From contig CAYTAH010000002.1 of the NCBI GenBank assembly GCA_964435785.1, positions 11,438 through 75,437 on the forward strand: 64,000 nt of DNA. The letters run 5' to 3'. The notes beneath the pieces are model-generated. The model had not been told where the DNA came from, did not search any database, and saw only the letters and a list, made by a program, of their open reading frames with translations. Numbering within the stretch: the stretch's first letter is position 1; every line of letters starts with the position of its first letter. Of the stretch, positions 17,866 through 26,200 are shown piece by piece. This DNA comes from an uncultured Phycisphaeraceae bacterium. Its GTDB lineage: Bacteria; Planctomycetota; Phycisphaerae; Phycisphaerales; UBA1924. The translations under genes were made by a program, and so were the position numbers.

Positions 17866-18069
17866 CTAGAGCTTGTGCTGGCGGCGATACTCGTTGATCG
17901 CCGATTCCAGCTTCACCTTCAGATCGCGGAACGCCTCGTTCACGTGGAACTCGCTCCCGTCGGTCGTCTCGATCGCGGTGACGTCCGCCTCGCGCTCGAC
18001 GATCACCGCGATCGCCAGCGGGTTGACGGCGACGTTCTTGCCGTCCGTGGTCACCAGGTTCACGAACAT
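17866..18069 (-). CDS. 67-aa soluble protein between E1alpha and E1beta (FlbD-like layout?)
   Basis: A GAGGGAG RBS lies upstream of the ATG at 18069. High GC3. 'VNLVTTDGKNVAVNPLAIAVIVE..VTAIETTDGSEFHVNE' recalls the small FlbD/SwrD family. That resemblance is from memory only. Confidence 0.5.
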   Translation of the reverse strand: MFVNLVTTDGKNVAVNPLAIAVIVEREADVTAIETTDGSEFHVNEAFRDLKVKLESAINEYRRQHKL

Positions 18070-18109
18070 GTCGCGTCTCCCTCGGGCGATGCGCCCGCTG
18101 CCGGAACGC

Positions 18110-19234
18110 TCAAACGTTCTGGGCCTGCGAGCGCAGTCCCAGCTGATCGGGGTCGAGCCCCAGGCTGCTCGTGCGGAGGGTGTCGCGCTGGCGGACGAGG
18201 TCCGGCGGCAGCTCCGCGTACATGTCGTTGAAGAAGTCGGCGGCGCCCGGGGGCTCGATCTCCAGCGCCGTCTTGACGACCTCGTCCACGATGCGTCTGG
18301 CCCGCTCCTCGAGCTCGTGCTGGCGCTTGTCGTCCCAGAGCGACTTGCTCTCCATGTACTTGCGCGTGCGGATGAGCGGGTCCTTGGCGAGCCATGCGTC
18401 GACCTCGGCCTTGTCGCGATACCGGCGGGCGTCGTCGGCCGTCGTGTGGTCGCCGAGCCGGTACGTCACGGCCTCGATGAAGCTGGGGCCGCCGCCCTGG
18501 CGCGCCCGCTCGGCGGCGTCCCTGGTGGCCTTGAAGGTCGCGAAGATGTCGTTCCCGTCCACCTGGATCGTCGGCATGTCGTACGCCAGCGCCTTCTGCG
18601 CCACCGTCGCCGAGTTCATCTGCTGCTCGCGCGGGACGCTGATCGCCCACTGGTTGTTCTGGCAGTAGAAGATGACCGGGGCCTGCATCACGCTCGCGAA
18701 GTTCATCGCCCCGTGGAAGTCGCCCTCGCTCGTGGCCCCGTCGCCGAAGAAGGTCGCGACGACGCCGTCCTCCTTCCGCTGCTTGATGGCCCAGCCGATC
18801 CCCGCGGCGTGGAGCATGTGCGTCCCGATCGGGATCGAGATCGGTGTCATGAGACAGTTCCGGGGGATCTGGTTCCCGCGCTCGTCGCCCATCCAGTGGA
18901 GCAGGATGTAGTGCATCGGGAGTCCGTGCATGAAGAGCGCCGCGTTCTCGCGGTAGCAGGGGATGAGCCAGTCCTTGCCCTTCCGCAGGGCCAGGCCCGC
19001 CCCGACGGCGTTGGCCTCCTGCCCCTTGTTCTGGGGGTAGGTGCCCATGCGCCCGGAACGCTGCAGCTTGAAGGCGATCTCGTCGAACTGGCGGCAGATG
19101 GTCATCTGCTCGTAGAGGTACACCACCTGCTCGTCGGTGAGCGTGTCCTTGGCCAGCTTGACGTCGAGCCGCCCGTCCTCGTCGAGGATCTGCAGGTGCT
19201 CGATGGTCGCCTCGTACACCACCTTCTTGGGCAT
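18110..19234 (-). CDS. 2-oxoacid dehydrogenase E1 alpha subunit (TPP-dependent)
   Basis: TPP motif 'GDGATSEGDFHGAMNFA' and 'YR.G.HTT.DD'. 374 aa. Confidence 0.93.
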   Translation of the reverse strand: MPKKVVYEATIEHLQILDEDGRLDVKLAKDTLTDEQVVYLYEQMTICRQFDEIAFKLQRSGRMGTYPQNKGQEANAVGAGLALRKGKDWLIPCYRENAALFMHGLPMHYILLHWMGDERGNQIPRNCLMTPISIPIGTHMLHAAGIGWAIKQRKEDGVVATFFGDGATSEGDFHGAMNFASVMQAPVIFYCQNNQWAISVPREQQMNSATVAQKALAYDMPTIQVDGNDIFATFKATRDAAERARQGGGPSFIEAVTYRLGDHTTADDARRYRDKAEVDAWLAKDPLIRTRKYMESKSLWDDKRQHELEERARRIVDEVVKTALEIEPPGAADFFNDMYAELPPDLVRQRDTLRTSSLGLDPDQLGLRSQAQNV

Positions 19235-19344
19235 GCTCGCTCCCTTTGAAACGCTTCCGACTCCAGCCCGATCGCTGTCGACACCGATACCTCCCCCGGG
19301 GCGGGGCGCGGCGATACAGCATACACCGCGGTCGCGGGGGACGG

Positions 19345-21273
19345 TTATCCCGCGGCCGAGCCCTGGCGGCTCTTGCCCGGGAACTGCTTGATGGCGGTCT
19401 GATCGGGCCTGCGCCCCTTGCCGCGGAACTCGGTCGGCGAGGCCTCCGGGATGACGAAATCGGACGCCGGCTGCGTGTCGCTGAAGGCCATCGCCGCCTC
19501 CGCCGCCTTGAGCATCGTGTCGTCCGCGTTGTAGTACAGCTCTCGGATGAACCTCTGGATCTCGAGCTCGGCGAGGTCGAAGAAGTGCATCGCCGCGGCC
19601 CGGTCACGGGCGAACTCGGCGCCGCCGTTGGAGCCGTGCGTGCGGATGTCGCGGTCGAGCTTGCTGAGCACGCAGGTCCACGCGTGCAGATAGATGGCGA
19701 TCCACGCGAGGCGGGCCTGCACGGCCTGCCTGTTCATCAGGGCCGCGTCGTAGCGTTTGCTGGCCTGCTTGAACTGGTAGCTGAACTCGCTGACGAGCTT
19801 GGACAGGCGGTCCGCCGGTCCGCGGAGCGACGCGTCCACCCTGGCGATCTGGGGCGACCTGCGCCGGATGCCGAGGAACACCTCGGCCGCCAGGGGCATG
19901 ATCTGGCCGATCATGGAGAGCTTCCTGCCCATCGGGGCCTCGCGCACGCCGAGCATCCACTCGCCGAGCTGCTTGCCGCCGTAGGCGAAGATGAAGGACC
20001 ACATCAGATCGTTGGATCCCTCGACGATCAGGTTGATGCGAGAGTCGCGGAAGATGCGCTCGACCTCGTTCTCGGTCATGTAGCCCTCGCCGCCCATGAT
20101 CTGCATCGCGTCGTTCACGACGCGCCAGCCCATCTCGGAGACGAAGCACTTGCAGAGGGCGGTCTCGACCATGATGTCCTTATCGTGGCGGTCGAGCATG
20201 CCGGTGGTCATGTAGAGCACCGCGTCGCACGCGTACACCATCGCCGCCATGTGGGCGATGCGCTGCTTGACCAGCTCCTTGTCGCTCAGCGGGTCGTCGA
20301 ACTGGTAGCGGGTCTGGCCCCACTTGACGGCCTGGTCCATCGCCCGCCGGGCGCCCCCGAGCATGCCGGCGCTGAGCGTGCACCGGCCGTAGTTGAGGCA
20401 GGAGAGCGCGACGTTGATCCCGCGCCCCTCCTTGTGGAGCAGGTTGAACTTCGGCACCCTGACGTTGTGGAAGCGGAGACGCCCCTGCCACGTGCCGCGG
20501 ATGCCGCACTTGGAGCGGTTCTCCTCGAAGATGTCGATCCCCTCCATGTCCGGCGTGCAGACGAGGGCGGTGATCTTGCTCTGGCCGTCGGGCATCTGCT
20601 GCCGCGCCATCACGGTGAAGATCTTCGCGAGCGGGGCGCTGGTCGCCCACTTCTTCTCGCCCTTGATGATGGTGAAGTACTCTCCGTCCGCGCTCTTCTC
20701 GCAGATGGTCTGCTGCCCGCTCGCGTCGCACCCGACGGCCGGCTCGCTGAGGCAGAAGGCGCTGAGCCAGTCGCTGGCCAGGTGCGGCAGCCAGAGCTTC
20801 TTCTGCTCCTCGGTGCCGAAGAGCATGATCGCCTTGCACCCGATCGACTGGTGGGCGCTGACCATCACCGCGGTCGAGCCGCAGTACTTGCCGATCAGCT
20901 CGAGCGAGCGGTTGTAGCTGGTGATCCCGAACCCGCCGCCCCCGTACTCCTTGGGGATCGTCATCCCCATCACGCCCATCTTGAAGAGCCGCTTGATCAC
21001 CCACTCGGGGATCTCCTGCTCCTGGTCGATCTGGATCGAGGGGTGCTCGCTCTTCAAGTACGCCTCGAGCTCCGCGAGGAGCTGGTCGCACCGCGCGGTC
21101 TCCTCGGCCGACACCTCCGGGTACGGCAGAACCATCTTCTCCTGGAAGCGCCCCCAGAAGAGGTTCTTCACGAATCCCATCGAATCGGGCTCGGGACCCA
21201 GCAGCGCCTCCGCCTCGGCGATCAGCTTGCGGTCCTTCTCGCTCACGCCCTTCATCGTCTTCAGGTCGGCCAT
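19345..21273 (-). CDS. acyl-CoA dehydrogenase, long (VLCAD/ACAD9-like) form
   Basis: 'FCLSEP..G.DA' plus the ACAD N, M and C domains. 'GGEGYM.E..VER..RD.R' followed by a C-terminal extension of about 180 aa. Confidence 0.9.
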   Translation of the reverse strand: MADLKTMKGVSEKDRKLIAEAEALLGPEPDSMGFVKNLFWGRFQEKMVLPYPEVSAEETARCDQLLAELEAYLKSEHPSIQIDQEQEIPEWVIKRLFKMGVMGMTIPKEYGGGGFGITSYNRSLELIGKYCGSTAVMVSAHQSIGCKAIMLFGTEEQKKLWLPHLASDWLSAFCLSEPAVGCDASGQQTICEKSADGEYFTIIKGEKKWATSAPLAKIFTVMARQQMPDGQSKITALVCTPDMEGIDIFEENRSKCGIRGTWQGRLRFHNVRVPKFNLLHKEGRGINVALSCLNYGRCTLSAGMLGGARRAMDQAVKWGQTRYQFDDPLSDKELVKQRIAHMAAMVYACDAVLYMTTGMLDRHDKDIMVETALCKCFVSEMGWRVVNDAMQIMGGEGYMTENEVERIFRDSRINLIVEGSNDLMWSFIFAYGGKQLGEWMLGVREAPMGRKLSMIGQIMPLAAEVFLGIRRRSPQIARVDASLRGPADRLSKLVSEFSYQFKQASKRYDAALMNRQAVQARLAWIAIYLHAWTCVLSKLDRDIRTHGSNGGAEFARDRAAAMHFFDLAELEIQRFIRELYYNADDTMLKAAEAAMAFSDTQPASDFVIPEASPTEFRGKGRRPDQTAIKQFPGKSRQGSAAG

Positions 21274-21366
21274 CTCGGGATCTCCTCGCCGGCGCGGGGC
21301 CGGGCGATTGCGTCTGTCTCATCGTCGCCGCCGATGCCAGCGCCGGCGGGGGGTGCGTCGCGCCCG

Positions 21367-22272
21367 CTACGGCTTCGCGGCCGAGCGCTCGAAGAATGCC
21401 TGGATCGCGGCCCTGCCCTCGGGGCTCCCCCGAAGCTCGATCAGGCGCCGCCTCTCGCAGTCCAGAGCCGCCTGCCATCCCCGGGTCAGGCCCTGCTCGA
21501 TCGCGTCGAGCACCGCGCCCGCCGAGCCGGTCGGCGCGAGCTCTCCCCGGAAGGCGTCGAGCGCCCGCAGGCACGCGCCCGCCGAGCGCGGCCTGCCGAT
21601 CCACCGGCTCGGGGCGCCGTCGCGCTCGACGCGCCCCTCTCTCGCGCGGTCGACGACCCAGCGCTTCGCCGTGGGGAGAAGCTCCTCGGGTGCGGCGGCG
21701 AAGGCGTCGAACACCCCCGCGTCGCGCGCCTCGTCGACGAGCATGGTCTTCCCGCTCGCCGTGCGCCGGATCGCCTCCGCCGGGTCCATGCGCGCGGGGA
21801 GCAGGTTGGTCCCGCCCCAGCCGGGGCAGATCGAGAGCCCCGCCTCCGGGAGCCCTACCGGGTACGGCTTCCCGCTCCTCGAGGGGCAGGCGATCAGCCC
21901 GTCGCAGTGCATCGCCAGCTCGAGCCCGCCGCCGAGGGCCGCGCCGTTGATCGCCGCGGCCGTTGGGTAGGGAAGCTGCGACAGCATGCCGAAGACACGC
22001 TGTCCGTAGGCCAGGTAGCGGTCGAGCCGCGTGTCGTCGGTGTCGGCGATCGCCCGCAGATCGGCGCCGGCGACGAAGACGCGCTCGCTCGCGGACGCGA
22101 CAACCAGGCCGGCGCACGCCGCGGGCAGCGCCCTGAGTGACGCCTCGAGCCTGCGGATCAGGTCCTCGTCGAGGACGATGACCGGCCGTCCCGCCTGCTC
22201 GAGCCGGACGACGAACACCCCCGCAAGCGGGCCTGCGTCGTCACACTCGAGAGTGAAGGGGGTCGGTGTCAT
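21367..22272 (-). CDS. enoyl-CoA hydratase/isomerase family protein with C-terminal extension
   Basis: 'VFVAGADL' and 'AAINGAALGGGLELAM' are crotonase oxyanion motifs. Start at ATG 22272. Confidence 0.8.
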   Translation of the reverse strand: MTPTPFTLECDDAGPLAGVFVVRLEQAGRPVIVLDEDLIRRLEASLRALPAACAGLVVASASERVFVAGADLRAIADTDDTRLDRYLAYGQRVFGMLSQLPYPTAAAINGAALGGGLELAMHCDGLIACPSRSGKPYPVGLPEAGLSICPGWGGTNLLPARMDPAEAIRRTASGKTMLVDEARDAGVFDAFAAAPEELLPTAKRWVVDRAREGRVERDGAPSRWIGRPRSAGACLRALDAFRGELAPTGSAGAVLDAIEQGLTRGWQAALDCERRRLIELRGSPEGRAAIQAFFERSAAKP

Positions 22273-22390
22273 GGGCGCTCCGCTCCCACGACCGAGGGCG
22301 TCACGGACCTCCGCCGCACCCCCGGGTTCGGGACGCACTATAGGGCCAAAAACAGCGCTCCGGCCAACGCAGAAGCTGATCCCGCGCGCC

Positions 22391-23146
22391 TCACGCGGAA
22401 CCGAAGCGTGCTCTGAGCGCCGCCTGCGCCTCGGGCGACGCCACGACCTCCGCCGAGAGGCGGGCCCCATCCCGGACCAGCGCGGCATCTCCGGAGCCGT
22501 CGAGCCGGTTCAGCAGATCCTTGGTCGCGGCCAACGCCAGCCTCCCGCCCGCCGCGACGCGGGCCGCGAGCGCGTTCACCGCGTCGTCGAGGTCCGCCAC
22601 GGTGGGGAGAGAGCGGTCCATCAGGCCGGTCGCGGCGGCCTCCGCTCCGGACATCAGGCCGCCGCGCAAGAGGATCTGCCGGGCTCTTCCCGCCCCGGCC
22701 TTGCGGACGACCCAGGGCGCGACGACCGCCGGGCAGACCGCCAGGTCCACCTCGGGGAACCCGACCTTCGCCTCGTCGTGGGTCAGCGAGAGGTCGCACA
22801 CGCACGTGAGCCCGCACCCGCCCCCGATCGCCGCCCCGTGCACGCGGGCGATGACGACCGCCGGGAGCGAGCGCAGCTCGAGCGTCAGCTCGGCGAGGCC
22901 CGACAGGAGCCGCTCGGCGCCCGCGGGATCCCCCAGCACGGCCTTGAGGTCCATCCCCGCGCAGAAGGCCTTCCCGGCCCCGGTCAGCACCACGACCCGG
23001 GGGGCGCGGTCCCCGAGCCGCGCGAGCTCCGCGACGCGTTCCCTCAGCGCACCGATCAGCTCGATCGAGAGCGCGTTGCGCTGATCGGGACGGTCGAGCG
23101 TGAGGCGCGCGGTCGGGCCCTGCACCTCGAGCGAAGCGAGACTCAT
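22391..23146 (-). CDS. enoyl-CoA hydratase (crotonase)
   Basis: 'LDRPDQRNAL', 'GAGKAFCAGMDL' and 'HGAAIGGG'. Confidence 0.88.
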   Translation of the reverse strand: MSLASLEVQGPTARLTLDRPDQRNALSIELIGALRERVAELARLGDRAPRVVVLTGAGKAFCAGMDLKAVLGDPAGAERLLSGLAELTLELRSLPAVVIARVHGAAIGGGCGLTCVCDLSLTHDEAKVGFPEVDLAVCPAVVAPWVVRKAGAGRARQILLRGGLMSGAEAAATGLMDRSLPTVADLDDAVNALAARVAAGGRLALAATKDLLNRLDGSGDAALVRDGARLSAEVVASPEAQAALRARFGSA

Positions 23147-23157
23147 GCCCTCTTTAT

Positions 23158-23188
23158 AGCAAACGACCTCCCCCGCCGGGGGAGGTCG
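23158..23188 (-). terminator. rho-independent terminator after the protease gene
   Basis: On the minus strand: CGACCTCCCC-loop-GGGGAGGTCG followed by TTTGCT. Confidence 0.5.
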
Positions 23189-23212
23189 GTGCGATCGGGG
23201 GTCGGGTGGAGG

Positions 23213-26200
23213 TCAGATCGATCCGGTCTCGCCCAGGGGCACGCCGAGGGTCCCGAACGCGCCGGGGAAGAAGGCGTCGTAGCGGCCGAGGTACGCGACG
23301 ATCGGCGAGGCGGCCTTCACGGTGATGCCGTAGAAGACGTCCTGGTTGCGCCGGTCTCCGGTGACGAACTCGTGGACGTCGAATTCCGACACGCGGCGCG
23401 GATCGAGCACGCGCCGGAACGTCTCCTGGCCCAGCGGCGTGTTCGTGCCCTTGAAGTTCCCGTCGAAGCGGATGGTGATCTCCACCACGATCGGCGTGTT
23501 CTCCGGGTTGAACAGGCGCAGGTACTCCGTCACGTGCTGGTCGTAGCCGTTCTGCGGCCGGAAGCCGGCGCCGAACGCCCAGAGCGTGTACGCCTCGTCG
23601 GCGAACATCGTGGAGGCGCCGTCGCTGAAGATGAGCGTGGGCAGCGACATCGCCACCGGGAGCGGCGACTCGTAGACGATCGAGTAGGCCTGGCCACGCG
23701 GGAAGTTGGGCAGGGCCGTGACATCCAGCTCGGCGCGCCCGCGCGCCGGCACCTCGAGCTGCGTGCGGTAGGCGCTCCCGTTCTCGAACAGGAAGGCGAA
23801 CACGACCGTCGTGGAGCTCTCGTTGGCGTTGGTGACGCCGATGACCTCCTCGGTGGCGTTGAGCCCGACCTCGCCCTCGGGCGTGGCGCCCGTGGTCGAG
23901 CCGAGGTTGGGCAGCCCGATCTCGCCCGCGGCCGAGATCGTCCCCGACGCGGCGCCCGAGTCGTACGCCTGGTGCGACGCGACGATCTCGCCCTGGGCCT
24001 CGATGACCATGCCGTAGGTGCCGTCGGGCAGCTCGGGCACGGCGGAGAGGTTCCATCCGCCGCGCCGGTAGGGCCCGAGCTCCTGGGTGAGCACGATCTC
24101 CTCGCCGCCGCCGGTGGGGAGCAGGGTGGTCGTGACCTTGATCGTCCGGTCGGTCGTGTTCATGTAGACGGGGAAGTCGAACCGGCCCTCGCCCTTGCCC
24201 ACCGAGCTGAACGTCCAGGTGTCGCTCGTGGTCGCGGTGAAGGACTCGCCGACGGCGGCGCGCTCGCCCTCGAGGAGGAAGGTGTCGAAGTAGCTGAACG
24301 TCGCCGCGATGGGGCGCTCCGCGCGGATCTCGAGGGCGTAGGGCTCGTCGGGGCGGACCAGCGAGCCGCCCGGGTTGCCGAAGCCGGTCTCGTAGAGGTC
24401 CGGCGTGTTGGTGGTGATGCCGCCGCGGGCCTGGGGCTCGATCACGAAGTCGGCGATGACGTCGTCGCGCGACCCCGACTCGTACCGGGCGATGACGACG
24501 ACGCGGGTCGCCTGGTCGTGCGGGTTGATCATGGGGACGAAGCTGTAGATGAAGGGGCTCGAGAACCCGGCCGGGTAGTAGTACCGGTAGGCGAGGGTCG
24601 GCGCCGTCTCGCCGTTGGACAGCGTCTCGCTCGAGGGGTTCGCGGGATCGCCGCTCAGGTGCCCCTCGCCCGTTCCGGTGTTGACCTCGTCGTACATCGC
24701 CTGGGCTTCGGCGGCCGACTCGCCGAAGAAGATGAAGTAGCGGATCGTCGCCGACCCGCCCGGGGCGATCGTGCCCACGTCGAAGGCCAGCGCCATGAGC
24801 AGGTCGTCCGTGGCGCCGTCGGGGTCGTTGACGCCGCCCTCGAGGATCTGGCTCGGATCGCGTATGACCACGGCGTCGGTGTCCACGAACGTCGCCATGG
24901 CGCGGGTGTCGGACGCCGGCGCCCCCATCGCGATGGTGAGCCCCTGCGGGTAGGCGTTGGTCACGACGCTGGAGCGGGCGTACTTCGCGGCCCCGTCCAC
25001 GTCGTTGGCCGTGCTCAGGCCCGCGTCGAGGTTGAGCCCCTGGTTGGGGTCGAACGCCTCGAGCCAAGCCACGTTGAAGGCGTCCTGGGTCGAGGTGTTG
25101 GTCAGCACGACGTCGAAGACCATGAACCGGTCGGAGTTCCCCAGCGTGATCGTCCGCTCGACCTTCATCGTGCGGAAGAGCCCCGAGGCGCCGATGCGGC
25201 TGTTGAAGGGGTCGCTCTGGTTGGTGAGCGAGACGGGCAGCGAGGTCGGCCCGCGCTCGCCGTCATTCATGAAGTCGTAGCCGGAGGCGGTCAGGCCGTA
25301 CATGGAGGTCAGCCCGTCGCCGTCGTCGGAGTCGAGGAGGAAGTCGATCCCGTCGAACTCAAGGCCGAGCGGGTTGCCGTTGGTGTCGTCGGCGCCGAAG
25401 GTGCCGTCGCTGGCGACACCCGCCTCGATGATCGACGCCCCGTCGAGGATCGTCGCCCCGTCGGAGATCCCCGGCGAGACCGTGACCGTGAGGCGGTATG
25501 ACCCGGTCGTCTCCGCCGGGTCGCCGCTCGTGACGTCGAAGGGGTCGTAGTCCGTGTTCGCCCCCTCGCTCACGCCGATGTAGTACACGCCGCCGGCCGG
25601 GAAGACGAACCCGGTGAGCGTCGCGTTGCGGGTGCCGTCCGGGCTCGCGGCCTTGAGCTCGTTGCCCTCCGCGTCGAACAGGCGCAGCGCCGTGTCCAGC
25701 GAGCCGCCGGTGGAGGCGGCCGAGGCGTTCAGCGTGGCGCCCGCGTCCACGGTGAACCTGAAGAGGTCGCGGTCGAGCATGCCGAATCCGCCGTCGCCGA
25801 TCTCGGCGTCGCGGGTCGCGGTGCCGGTGCCGTCGATCTCGTCGAGCTCGCGCGCCGTCGGGAGCGTGTCGTTCGACTCGAACGGGCCGAAGATGTCGTT
25901 CTCGAGCGTGAAGTCGAGCGACCAGCTGTTGAGCTGGCCGCTGTTGAGCGCCGAGAGATCGCGGATCAGCAGCGTCCAGGTCCCCAGCGCCGAGATGCCG
26001 TCGAACTTGTTCAGGCCGTTCGTCGGGCGAAGCGACCCGGAGTAGGGGGGTGTCGCGTCGGCGATGTTCCCCGCCGCCTCGTCGTCGAGCAGCACGTTGT
26101 TGAAGTCGTCGCCGTCGGCCCCGTGGCGGTCGAAGATCACCTGCTGCGTGCCGTTGGGCGCGATCAGCGTGATCTCCAGGTCGCCCACGAACGAGTGGTC

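Noticed and set aside
16875-19234. Whether the E1/E2 genes are a pyruvate dehydrogenase rather than a branched-chain complex.
   Set aside because: This cannot be settled from sequence by eye. The heterotetrameric alpha/beta E1 type and the neighbouring ACAD, crotonases and HMG-CoA lyase favour BCKDH, so I annotated it generically as 2-oxoacid dehydrogenase with that context note and gave no gene symbol.
19246-22140. 964-aa plus-strand ORF, and the similar very long ORFs at 22031..25501 +, 26123..28918 +, 31090..34029 +, 53799..56783 -, 58999..61866 -, 3921..5933 -, 5555..7150 - and 933..2315 -.
   Set aside because: Each lies antisense to or out of frame with genes that carry clear family motifs. 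Their translations are monotonous Arg/Gly/Ala/Pro/Asp/His strings with no motifs, which is the typical shadow-ORF artefact of ~70% GC DNA.
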